Source: Candidatus Thorarchaeota archaeon (lineage in GTDB: Archaea > Asgardarchaeota > Thorarchaeia > Thorarchaeales > Thorarchaeaceae). Taken from it: DNA of 26,317 nt. Of this stretch, positions 1 to 11,300 are shown in pieces. Position 1 is the stretch's first letter. The number at the start of each line of letters is the position of its first letter. The stretch covers positions 1 to 26,317 of the forward strand of contig JBHIAE010000040.1 of the NCBI GenBank assembly GCA_046758445.1, read 5' to 3'. A program made the translations under genes and the position numbers. The notes beneath the pieces were generated by a model. It did no database searches, was not told the origin of the DNA, and saw nothing but the letters and a program-made list of their open reading frames with translations.

Positions 1-358
1 GTGCTTCAGGAGGCTCTTCGACCGCCTTCTTGGGGGGTTTCTTTGCCGGCTTCTTTACGGCCTTCTTGGGAGCTTTCTTCGGAGGCTTCTCAACTGGTTC
101 CTCAACAGCTTCCTTAGGGACTTTTTTGGCTGGCTTCTTGGGGGCTTTCTTGGGAGCCTTCTTAACTGGCTTTTCAGCAGCTTCCTCGGTCTTCTTCTTT
201 GCAGCTTTCTTTGGAGCTTTCTTCGTTGCTTTCTTGGCTGGAGTTTCCTTCTTGGCAGTCGTCTTCTTCGTGGTGGCCTTCTTAGTAGTCTTCTTGGCTG
301 CTTCCTTGGGGGCCTTCTTGGTAGCCTCCTCCGCATCCTTAGTCTTCTTCTTCGACAT
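1..358 (-). CDS. Lys/Ala/Pro-rich histone-H1-like low-complexity protein N-terminus, running off the window edge; possibly an N-terminal extension of uS7
   Basis: Not in the ORF track in this frame. Manual translation from ATG 358 gives MSKKKTKDAEEATKKAPKEAAKKTTKKATTKK...KKPAKKPPKKAVEEPPEA with no stop before base 1. GGTGG SD-like motif upstream. The uS7 assignment rests only on gene order after uS12. Confidence 0.75.
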   Translation of the reverse strand, partial: MSKKKTKDAEEATKKAPKEAAKKTTKKATTKKTTAKKETPAKKATKKAPKKAAKKKTEEAAEKPVKKAPKKAPKKPAKKVPKEAVEEPVEKPPKKAPKKAVKKPAKKPPKKAVEEPPEA

Positions 359-672
359 GACAACCACCTAACGTATCGGCTTCTCCTTCTTGCTGTCGGA
401 AATCACACTCATGAATAGGACTCGTCCTGCTTGATAGTTGATGCGTCACAGAATGGTTTCCTTTTAGAGCTTACGGAGTGGATTCGATTGAGTGTGTTAT
501 GATATCCTGTGTAAGTAGTCCGAATCAGGACAGTCTGCGGTGATTGAGAAGCCAGTTGGAGAGGTTTTACGGACTGGTTCACTCAGACTGAAGTGGATGA
601 TACTACAATCAGTATATGACAAATAAACAGTACAGAGTGCCCCATTATGACACCGTCAAGGAAATCTAGAAA

Positions 673-2295
673 TCAACCCCACTCTTGGAGTATGGCGGTG
701 ATGCGTTTCTGAGTCAACATCTCGTCTGTTAGTCTGAACCACAATCTGAACAGATTCGCTTCCACATAGCGATCTGAACAGTCTATGAAAGGCGGATACA
801 AGGACTCATCTGCAAGGACGGCCTCCAATGGGTTGATATGATGATACAGTTCTGCGGACTTCTCTAGATTCTGTCGTGTAACTGAATTGACCTTTGACAA
901 GGCCTTGTTCTCCATAACATTGCCTATGACACATGTCCTCAGGGCATAGTGGGACAGATAATCAAGGTAGTCGATTGACAACGAAGAGAACTCACCCTTT
1001 TCCCAGCCAAGAAAAACAGACTTCATATTCAGGTCTTTGGCCATGAGGTCATCCCAAATCTGTGTCACCTGTCTAAGCCATTCCTCAAATGGGGGATGTG
1101 AAACTTTAATTTCAGGTCCGGAGTATCTGAACTTCATCATGCAGTACGGGACTTCTTCCTTCGACTCCTTCTCGTGGATTAGGCACATTCCGAGTCCTTT
1201 GAGATGTGCACTAACACTCCCAATCTCGTTTCCAATATCGTCTTCAATAGTTTCTTTGTAGATTATCCTGACCACTTCAAACTCTGGACCTGTCAGTGGA
1301 GTCCTTGCTTCAATGGGAATGCCGAAGGTTTCCCAACTTGGCTCTGCTACTTTTCTCCCCAGAGCTGAGGTGATTCGCTCGTCAATTGTCAATTGCCGTT
1401 CGCCGCGTTCAGTTTGGTCCGCATCAAGGCGGACAAGGGGTGCATGCAGCGGACTCTCTTCCTCGTCCTCCCTCACTTGCCTATTTGTTTGGAACTTAAG
1501 CACCTCGCTCGAGTTCCCAAGAAGCTCCTCGACTTTCTCGGCAAACTCGGAGTCTCTTTTCATGGCGTTGTCCATGGCCTTCTGAGCCTCTTCATGTCGT
1601 TTCTGGCGTCCATACACAAGAAAGAGAAGGTACCACAGAAAACCCTCGTTTGGATGGAGCAATGTTCCTCTGCTGAGTATCTCCTCTGCCTCGGCAAATT
1701 TGCCCTCGTCTATGAGACTGTTACAGACAAGGCCAAACCAGCCAGCAGCTTTCGGATTCTCTGGGTCCAGCTCCAGTGCCCTCCGTGACGGCCCAACTGC
1801 CGCTCTCAGATTGCCGCTTTCCATAATGGCCACACTAAGATTGTGCCATCCTTCCACCCAGTCAGGCTTGAGTACCGTAACTCGTCGGAAACATGTTTCC
1901 GCCTCATCTCGATTGTTGTGCCTGAGATACACCTTTCCAAGAAGATTCCATGTCCTTTCAGACTTCGGGTCTAAATCTGCGCACTCACGGAGCAACTCTT
2001 CCGCCTCGCCGTATTTCTCCTTGTCGTAAAGGACAAGACCGAGGTAGAATAACGTGCGGGTGTTCCTACGATCAATGCTCAAGGACTTGAGGAGAGCTGA
2101 CTCTGCCTTGTCGAGCTCTCCCAGCATATGTCTGGCTATACCCATCAGACCCCAAGCACCCGAGTGAGAGGGTATCTGCTCTATAACAGGGCCAAGCAGT
2201 GCCGCAGCCTTCCCTGGCTCATCCCTTCGAATAAGGAAGATGGCAGCATCGATTAGCTCCTCTCCGGTTACCTCGGGCACCACCAATTCCTCCAT
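673..2295 (-). CDS. Tetratricopeptide-repeat protein (about 7 N-terminal TPRs plus an unknown C-terminal domain)
   Basis: Repeated TPR signatures (AWGLMGIA, TLFYLGLVLY, TWNLLGKVY, GWHNLSVA, ALELDPEN); 540-aa ORF. Confidence 0.85.
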   Translation of the reverse strand: MEELVVPEVTGEELIDAAIFLIRRDEPGKAAALLGPVIEQIPSHSGAWGLMGIARHMLGELDKAESALLKSLSIDRRNTRTLFYLGLVLYDKEKYGEAEELLRECADLDPKSERTWNLLGKVYLRHNNRDEAETCFRRVTVLKPDWVEGWHNLSVAIMESGNLRAAVGPSRRALELDPENPKAAGWFGLVCNSLIDEGKFAEAEEILSRGTLLHPNEGFLWYLLFLVYGRQKRHEEAQKAMDNAMKRDSEFAEKVEELLGNSSEVLKFQTNRQVREDEEESPLHAPLVRLDADQTERGERQLTIDERITSALGRKVAEPSWETFGIPIEARTPLTGPEFEVVRIIYKETIEDDIGNEIGSVSAHLKGLGMCLIHEKESKEEVPYCMMKFRYSGPEIKVSHPPFEEWLRQVTQIWDDLMAKDLNMKSVFLGWEKGEFSSLSIDYLDYLSHYALRTCVIGNVMENKALSKVNSVTRQNLEKSAELYHHINPLEAVLADESLYPPFIDCSDRYVEANLFRLWFRLTDEMLTQKRITAILQEWG

Positions 2296-2552
2296 GGATC
2301 ACCCTAACATACAGAACCATGACTTTTCAGTCTTCACAGAACTACGAATTCCCTTCAGACTCCCGCTTCTCGATTCTTCTGAAAGGACTACCGACAATCC
2401 AATGTGTTCTCCTCCAATCCGATGACTGCGCGACTATGCGTAGATTCAATCGTGAACACACGAATGATATGAGATAACACGGAAACAGAACTGACTTCAT
2501 AGCATCCAAGAGCTGAGGCAATCACTGCTATAACGTGTATCTTGCAGGAAAC

Positions 2553-2996
2553 CTAACGAATGGGTTTCTCTTTCTTGCCGTATATCAGTGACTCCAGAGA
2601 AACTCCGTTGACTTTCCGGACCTGCCACCTTACCCCGGGCAAGTCTCCCATTGCGCCGCCCATTGCACCGCCGATGCCCTCAACAATTACCTCGTCATGC
2701 TCGTCGATGTACTTCAGACCACCATCACCCGGGATAAAAGCAGTGATTTGCTTGCCGTTTTTCGATAATTGGACCCTAACAGCCTTTCTTATCGCCGAAT
2801 TAGGCTGTTTCGACTCGATTCCGACCGTTTCGAGCACTATCCCACGTGCTTGCGGAGCGCCCTCTAGGGGATCGGTCTTTCGTCTGAGTTTGAGAACTCT
2901 TCTCTTATAGGACGCCTTCTTCCAGCGGTGCTTCTTGCGTTTTCTAACAAGAGGCCTTGCTGCGAACTCGCCTAGTGGGCTCTTTCCACGTGCCAA
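2553..2996 (-). CDS. rps12: 30S ribosomal protein uS12 (archaeal S12/S23 type)
   Basis: [27 protein letters not shown] and GDLPGVRW motifs. Start revised to TTG at 2996 ([14 protein letters not shown]), with GAGGT SD upstream; the ORF-track start at 3101 is too long. Confidence 0.97.
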   Translation of the reverse strand: MARGKSPLGEFAARPLVRKRKKHRWKKASYKRRVLKLRRKTDPLEGAPQARGIVLETVGIESKQPNSAIRKAVRVQLSKNGKQITAFIPGDGGLKYIDEHDEVIVEGIGGAMGGAMGDLPGVRWQVRKVNGVSLESLIYGKKEKPIR

Positions 2997-3233
2997 AGTA
3001 CTATACCTCTGGTAATGATAACGGGTCCACCATGTATGGTGCTCTCTATTGGTGGCCACGGCTCCGTTCCGTGGTTTCCTTAAAAGCATTGTCAAATGCA
3101 TCGGACCGAGGTAGGTGTTTCGGCCACCTCGAAACAGTCTGAGATATCACGCCTGGTGTGCTGAATCGGTAGTTTCCTCAGCTGCCGCTCTCTTTAGGGG
3201 GATTCGACTCTGGATTCGTTTTGACTTCTGCCG

Positions 3234-3407
3234 CTAACTCCCTCGAGTTCTATAGAGTCCGACCAGATTGAGGATGATTGACATGCCGATTAGTACACCC
3301 ATTATGAAGGAGAGGATCTCATTGTCCGGGAGAAACTGTCCGATGATGAGAGCGGCTGCAAGACAGATACCGCCTATCGGAATCAGCCATTCGTCTTTCA
3401 GAATCAT
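3234..3407 (-). CDS. Small two-TM membrane protein
   Basis: Two hydrophobic helices (WLIPIGGICLAAALIIG; ILSFIMGVLIGMSIILNLVGLY). ATG 3407 lies about 35 nt downstream of a TTATTAA TATA-like box; alternative TTG start at 3428. Confidence 0.7.
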   Translation of the reverse strand: MILKDEWLIPIGGICLAAALIIGQFLPDNEILSFIMGVLIGMSIILNLVGLYRTRGS

Positions 3408-3490
3408 ATAGTGGTCCTCAGAAGGCAACTCTTTGGATGATTAATAAGAAGTCGGCTCGCAGCAGCTCAATCCAAGTGAGGGTTTTACTG

Positions 3491-3940
3491 CTATGCTATG
3501 ACCACATTGCTGAGGTCGAAGTGGCGTCTTGCCAGAATGCGGGCACGTGCAACATTTCTTCCGTCTCGGCCAATGGCAATGCCCCGGTCCTCAGTCTTCA
3601 CAGACACAGAAGCCACTCTGTTGCCATCTCTGTGGACGACTATCTTCACTTCTTCAACGCGTGCGGGAGCTAGTGCGCTCTTCACGAATTCTTCGGCTGT
3701 TTCAGCCATCTCGACAACGTCGATAGTCCTGCCAAACACATCTGCTGCAGCCCTCACATTGGCTCCTCCACGGCCGATTGCCTTGCCAAGCTGTTTGGGT
3801 CTAACGACAAATATGATGCGCTCGCCCTCGTCGTCACGGACCACATCTACAGCGGCCGCTCCGGTTATTCGCTCAAACGAGGCTATGAGCGCCATGTCCT
3901 CCATGGAGAGCCTGACTCGGACCAAGAGAACTCGCCTCAT
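3491..3940 (-). CDS. nusA: Archaeal transcription elongation factor NusA (two KH domains)
   Basis: GKAIGRGGANV and GIAIGRDGRNV KH GxxG motifs; canonical position after eL30; ATGA overlap with eL30 (alternative TTG start at 3925). Confidence 0.95.
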   Translation of the reverse strand: MRRVLLVRVRLSMEDMALIASFERITGAAAVDVVRDDEGERIIFVVRPKQLGKAIGRGGANVRAAADVFGRTIDVVEMAETAEEFVKSALAPARVEEVKIVVHRDGNRVASVSVKTEDRGIAIGRDGRNVARARILARRHFDLSNVVIA

Positions 3941-4230
3941 GCCATCTTCAGAATCTTGGAGTTACCAGGCTCAATCACCGCAATGGCAGACACCATGAAC
4001 GGTTTGCCCACGACCTCTCCCAAGTCCCAGGACGTTCCTTCGAACTCGAGAATCTTTATTCCTGAGAGCTGCGAGAACCTCTCAATATCATTGTATTCGT
4101 TCCGTGGGCAATTGGCTGCAACGACTACCAGCTTTGCCTCGCCAGTCTTGATGGCGTCAATGGACGATTTTGCACCGATTTTGCATTTGCCGGTGCTGAC
4201 CGCACTGGCGATTGGCTGATTTAGGCTCAA
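3937..4230 (-). CDS. rpl30e: 50S ribosomal protein eL30
   Basis: TGKCKIGAK, AKLVVVAANCP, GTSWDLGEVVGKPFMVS, IEPGNSKIL; canonical position after rpoA''. Confidence 0.96.
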   Translation of the reverse strand: MSLNQPIASAVSTGKCKIGAKSSIDAIKTGEAKLVVVAANCPRNEYNDIERFSQLSGIKILEFEGTSWDLGEVVGKPFMVSAIAVIEPGNSKILKMA

Positions 4231-4304
4231 TTGTCATGACCTCGTTGTAGTTGTGCGTCTAAAGGAGTTCTGTTTTAACGTTTCCGTCGTGTGATTGCGT
4301 TCTG

Positions 4305-5708
<1,404 letters not shown>

Positions 5709-8366
5709 CTATTTCACCTTCGCTTTGCCCAGGACCTTTTCGATTGCTATGTCTATATTCACTGACCTTCCGTGATCCGACTTACTCGGGTCGACACCAT
5801 CGTCTCCAAACTTGAACTGCACAATTCGACCTGGAGCCGTTCTGACTGTTCCATCGGTTTCTACCTTCAGGTCTTGCAGCGCAGTCATGAGCCTCCTCTG
5901 CATATACCCAGATGTGGAAGTACGAACTGCAGTGTCCACAAGGCCCTCACGGCCACCTGCCGCATGGAACCAGTACTCTATTGGGTCAAGACCGTCCTTG
6001 TAGCTGGACGTCACGAATCCTCTTGCTCTGGCACCTAGGTCGCCGCTCTCAAAGTGCGGGAGAGTGCGACCGATGTAACCTCGGCTGATACGCTCACCAC
6101 GTACTGCCTGCTGCCCTACGACTGCAGCCATCTGTGACAGGTTCAGTCTTGAGCCCCGTGCCCCAGTCTGAGCCATGATAACTGCAGCATTCTCGAGACC
6201 GAGGTGTTCACCGGCCACAGCGCCGGCGGAGTCTCGAGCCTCAGCTAGTGTGGCCATGATTCGCTGTTCGAGGGTTTCCAAGAGTGTCTGACCAGGGTTC
6301 GGGTCTAGTTCTCCACGCTTGTAGGTTTCAATCAGCTGGTTCACTTTGTGGTCTGCCTCTTCGAGGATGATCTTGATTCGTTGCTCAGCCTCTCTGGGCA
6401 GAGTCACATCGTCAAGACCCATTGTGAAACCTCTGTCAGTGATCAGACGAACAAGAAGTCGACCTACTGAATCCATGAATACACGGGCAGCCGTGGAGCC
6501 CTCTTCCTTGATTATTCGGTGGAACAACGAGTCTGGTTCGCCAGCACCAAAGGCCTTCTCGTCTACTACGCCGAACAAGAGTTCGCCATTTCGGATTACA
6601 ACATAGGAGTCGTATTGGCAGTCATCCTTCTCGCATACGTTGCACTTTCTGCAGACATTAGCCTTGAAGGACATATTGATGCCCTCTGGAATGAACATGC
6701 TGAATATCTGCTTTCCAGTCCATAGCTTCACCGGGCTAAGGATGGTCGGAGGTGGAAGCTCGCCAGTGAATTTACCTGTGGCCAACAGTTGGTTTACCTG
6801 GTTCTCAGTGTATAGACTTGACTTCCTGGTCAGCAAGAAAGCAGCAGAGATGTAGTCCTGAAGTGCGCCAATGATGGGCCCGCCATATCGTGGGGAGAGG
6901 ATCTGCTCCTGCACCCTCATTAGAACTCGGGCCTCTGCACGGGCCTCTTCGGACTGCGGCACATGAAGGTTCATCTCATCGCCATCAAAGTCTGCGTTGT
7001 ACGGCGGGCAGACATAGAGGCTCAGCCTGAAGGTACGGTATGGCATGACACGTACTTCGTGGGCCATTATCGACATTCTATGCAGTGATGGCTGACGGTT
7101 GAACAGTACAATATCACCGTTGTCTAGGTGTCGCTCCACAATGAAACCGGGCTCGATTGTGTCTGAAATGATGGACCGCTCTTTCACGAACCTCAGGTCT
7201 ACTCTGCGGCCGTCTGTACGAATGAGATAGTTTGCACCAGGGTGTCTGTCAGGACCACGAAAGACTAGCTCTTTCATCTCCTCAATGTTCCATTCGGTTA
7301 CTCTCTGTGGAATGGTGAGAATCCTAGCGATCTGCTCCGGAACACCTACCTCGTTCATGCTGAGGTTCGGGTCTGGTGAGATGACTGTACGGGCTGAGAA
7401 GTCGACACGCTTCCCTGACAAGTTCGAGCGGAATCGACCTTCCTTTCCCTTCAGCCTCTGTGCTAGAGTCCTCAGGGCCCGACCGGATCTGTGACGGGCT
7501 GGCGGGATACCGCTGACACCGTTGTCAAAGTAGGTTGTACAGTGGTACTGTAGCAGTTCCCAGAGGTCTTCTACAATCAACTGAGGAGCTCCTGCATCTA
7601 GGTTCTCACGCAGTCGCTGGTTAATTCTGATTATGTCGATCGCCTTGTGGCTCAAGTCGTCCTCTGATCTCACACCAGATTCCAGTGTGATTGATGGACG
7701 AACTGTCACCGGAGGAACTGGTAGCACCGTTAGAATTGCCCACTCCAATCTGGCAGCCTCAGCATTGATGCCGAGTAAGGCGTAGTCCTCGTCGGAGATG
7801 TTTTCCAGACGGGACCTGATGTCGATTGGAGTCAGACGAACTGAACCGGCCTCTCCAACCTCATAGATGGAAGTAGGTTTCTCGAGCTTGAGTTTGAGTT
7901 GTTCCTCACCACAGTGTGGACATGACTTTGCCTTTGCAGCGCGTTTTAGAATGTCCTTTGATAGATTAGCAGTCTTCTGACCAATCTCAGGATATCTCTT
8001 GAATAGACGGTTGTAATGGTCAATCTCCTCTTCGTTTAGCAGGATTCTGTTGCACTCTCTGCAGACACTTCGAAGGACCTTGTGAATGACCTTAGCGTAT
8101 CCCTCGTGCATGATAGGTCTTGCAAGCTCAATGTGACCAAAGTGTCCTGGACAATTCCCGACTCTGTTCCCGCAGGTTCTGCATCTCTGACCAGGATCAA
8201 TGACACCCAACCGTGGGTCCATGATTCCTGACTCGATTGGATAGCCATCTTCGTCATATGTGTCTGCAACGACTATTTGTGCTACAGACATCTTCCTGAT
8301 GTCATCTGGGCTGAGAAGACCAAACTCGATTGCATCGATCTTCTTGGTTGTCAGTCCGGTAATCAT
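5709..8366 (-). CDS. rpoA1: DNA-directed RNA polymerase subunit A' (Rpo1N)
   Basis: YNADFDGDEMN catalytic motif, CRTC..CPGHFGHIEL zinc site, LSGKRVDFSARTVISPDP, bridge helix GGREGLVDTAVRTSTSGYMQRRL. Start revised to ATG 8366, which overlaps the rpoB stop (TAATG). Confidence 0.99.
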   Translation of the reverse strand: MITGLTTKKIDAIEFGLLSPDDIRKMSVAQIVVADTYDEDGYPIESGIMDPRLGVIDPGQRCRTCGNRVGNCPGHFGHIELARPIMHEGYAKVIHKVLRSVCRECNRILLNEEEIDHYNRLFKRYPEIGQKTANLSKDILKRAAKAKSCPHCGEEQLKLKLEKPTSIYEVGEAGSVRLTPIDIRSRLENISDEDYALLGINAEAARLEWAILTVLPVPPVTVRPSITLESGVRSEDDLSHKAIDIIRINQRLRENLDAGAPQLIVEDLWELLQYHCTTYFDNGVSGIPPARHRSGRALRTLAQRLKGKEGRFRSNLSGKRVDFSARTVISPDPNLSMNEVGVPEQIARILTIPQRVTEWNIEEMKELVFRGPDRHPGANYLIRTDGRRVDLRFVKERSIISDTIEPGFIVERHLDNGDIVLFNRQPSLHRMSIMAHEVRVMPYRTFRLSLYVCPPYNADFDGDEMNLHVPQSEEARAEARVLMRVQEQILSPRYGGPIIGALQDYISAAFLLTRKSSLYTENQVNQLLATGKFTGELPPPTILSPVKLWTGKQIFSMFIPEGINMSFKANVCRKCNVCEKDDCQYDSYVVIRNGELLFGVVDEKAFGAGEPDSLFHRIIKEEGSTAARVFMDSVGRLLVRLITDRGFTMGLDDVTLPREAEQRIKIILEEADHKVNQLIETYKRGELDPNPGQTLLETLEQRIMATLAEARDSAGAVAGEHLGLENAAVIMAQTGARGSRLNLSQMAAVVGQQAVRGERISRGYIGRTLPHFESGDLGARARGFVTSSYKDGLDPIEYWFHAAGGREGLVDTAVRTSTSGYMQRRLMTALQDLKVETDGTVRTAPGRIVQFKFGDDGVDPSKSDHGRSVNIDIAIEKVLGKAKVK

Positions 8367-11300
8367 TAGATCATCTCCTTTAAGCGAAGCCTGGCGGCCA
8401 GGCCGAGCGACATCATCTCTTGTATCAGCAACTTGAACGCGTATGATACCACGACGCTGCTGATCTTCGCGTTGGTGCCGCATATCGGGCAGTAGTACTG
8501 GTCCTTGTTTCGGTCGTAGACTCCAATGAGACCGCAGTCCTCGCAGACCAGCATGTTGCTCTTGTCAGACTCATCCAAGAGCCTACCCTTGAGCAGAATG
8601 GCTGCACCGTGACCAATGAGTACGTCCCGCTCCATCTCCCCAAACCTCAGGCCACCCTCACGAGCACGACCCTCGGTGGGCTGGCGGGTGAGAATTTGTA
8701 CTGGTCCTCTGGCTCGAGCGTGAATCTTGTCCGCAACCATGTGATGGAGTTTTTGCATTGCTACGATACCTATAAAAACATTTGATATTAGCTTCTCTCC
8801 TGTTATTCCGGAGTACATGACTTCTCTTCCATTATGCTGGAAGCCGTGCTTCGTAAGTGTTTCAAATAGCTCTTCCTCCTTGACGCCACAGAACGGAGTG
8901 CCATCCTGTTGTTTACCCTCCACGCATGCCGCCTTTCCAGCAATCATCTCAAGGATCTGACCAATAGTCATCCGGCTGGGAATAGCATGTGGATTGATGA
9001 TTAGATCTGGAACAACCCCGCTCTCAGTGAAGGGTACATCCTCCTGTGGGACGATGTAGCCGATAACTCCTTTCTGACCATGTCGTGATGCGTACTTGTC
9101 GCCAAGCTCCGGTATACGGAGGTCGCGGACCTTCACCTTGACCAAACGGTTGCCATCGATGGTTTCGGTCAGGATGACGCTGTCAACTACTCCTGACTCA
9201 CCGTGACGTACTGCTACTGATGTTTCACGACGGTTGGGCGAGGCTATCTCGAACTCGGAGTACTCCTCCAGGAACCTCGGCGGGGAAGTCCTGCCGATGA
9301 GAACATCGCCACCCTGAACCTCTACCTCGGTCTCGATGACGCCGTCCTCTCCGAGATTGCGATAGGACTCGGATGCTCTGTAGCCCCTGACGCTTCGGTC
9401 AGGAATCTCGAATCGGTCCTCTTGTCCTCCAGGGTACTTGCGTTCCTCACTCTCGTAGACTCGTGCAAAGGTACTCCTTCCAAGACCTCTCTCAACTGAG
9501 GCCTTGTTCATGATGAGTGCATCCTCGATGTTGTAACCCTCGAATGAGAGGATTGCAACCACGAAATTCTGCAATGCTGGACGTTCCTCGTAGCCTATGG
9601 AGTCCATAGCCCTTGTCTTTACAAGTGGAATCTGAGGATAATGGAAGAAGTGAGACCGTGTGTCGGCACGGTACCTGAAGTTTGATGCTGGAACTCCCAC
9701 AGACTGCTTGGCCATACCAGCCATGTAGACATTACGAGGTGACTGATTTCTCTCTGGGAATGGAATGAGTGCTGCAGAGATACCAAGAATGGTGGAGGGA
9801 ACTATCTCCATGTGAGTCGTGTTAGGTCCGATCTCGTTCGGGTACATTGCGATGAGAGTGTTCTCCTCTTCCTCGGCGTCAAGGAACTCTACTATCCCGT
9901 TCCTCATCAGGTCTCCGTAACCCCACTCGACGTCCTCAACCATCCTCAGGTGTTCATCAGTCAGTCTACTCTTACCATTCTCGACCACAATTGCTGGGCG
10001 CCGAACTCTGCCGGCATCACAGTTGACTTGGACCTCATTGGTGTTCTCATAGTAAGCGATGTTGGTTTCTTGGTCGATCTCACCAGCACGCCGCTTCTGC
10101 CGCATGGTCTTGGCCAAGACCTGAGGTGCTGGATGGATTCCAACGAGTCGACCATTCAGGAAGACATCGGCCCACTTTGTACCTCGTCTTCCTTTGAGTT
10201 TCTCAATTGGCTCGACCTCGGCCTTGAGAAGGGCCTTCTCCACCGCAGTTTCGTCAGTGCCCACAGAGATGTAGGCCATCATAGCGATGTTCTTGACTAG
10301 ACCGCAGTTAGGACCTTCAGGGGTTTCGTTCGGACATATCTTGCCCCAGTGTGTAGAATGAAGGTCTCGCGCTTCGAAGTGTGGCTGTGACCGTGACAGA
10401 GGTGAAACCACTCTTCTCAGGTGGGAGAGAGATGAGATGTAGTTTGTACGATCGAGTAGTTGTGATACGCCGGCCTTGCCTCCAACCCAGTTACCCGTGG
10501 CAAGAGCGTGTTTGAGTCTCTGAGTGATGACATCAGCTCTGACAGCCGTGCGAATGTTGGGCTTACGACCACGCACTGCAGTGCGCTCTAGCTGATACTT
10601 TATGTCCCGAGTCAGGGAGTAGAGTGCAACTCTGAATAGGGACATGAGAAGGTCTCCAGACAGCTTCAGTCTCTTGTTTGCATAGTGGTCCTTGTCATCT
10701 GCCTGCCTCTTGATCAATACGAGCTCCAGCAGACGTTCCACCATCTGTCCCAGGTAGTATGCCTTCTGGAGTCGATGAACCTCTTCTGTTCCAATATGAG
10801 GAAGGAGATAGCGGTCGAGCACTTTCTCAGCGCGAGCAAGACGGTATTCCTTTGTCTGACCGACTGCTACTCGCTTACCAATGAAGTCTAGAGCATTGTC
10901 CCTTGTCGAGCTATCTTCATCTTCGCGACCAGCATTGATTGGCGCAGACTGTTCGATCGTGACGATCAGCTCATTCCTGATCTCATTGTCATCAGATATG
11001 ACGTCAACGATTTCCTTGTCGGACTCCAGACCAAGGGCCTTCAAGAGTATAGCAAGGGGTATTTTACCAGGCACAGAGGGGAAAGATACACGTAACTCAC
11101 CAGTTCTCTTTCTCTCAATGGTGACCGGGGCACGGAAGCCACGTGACGTTGAGAAGACCTTTGCTATGTGGGTGTAGCTTGAGCTCTTGCTTGCTTCTTC
11201 AATCAGAATCCTATTGGGCGCCAAATCTTCCTGTGTTACAAGAACGCGCTCTGACCCATTGATGATGAAGTAGCCACCGGGATCCTTCGGATCCTCGCCA

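Noticed and set aside
30-371. ORF-track 113-aa Phe/Ala-rich (+) and 102-aa Arg-rich (-) ORFs
   Set aside because: These are antisense and off-frame shadows of the Lys-rich frame starting at ATG 358.
2997-3101. N-terminal extension of uS12
   Set aside because: Homology starts at TTG 2996, which has a GAGGT SD.
6600-6660. Cys-rich CRKCNVCEKDDCQYD segment in RpoA'
   Set aside because: It corresponds to a metal-binding insert already known in archaeal Rpo1N.
8367-8483. 39-aa N-terminal extension of RpoA' in the ORF track
   Set aside because: It overlaps the rpoB 3' end; the true start is ATG 8366 with TAATG coupling and an SD.
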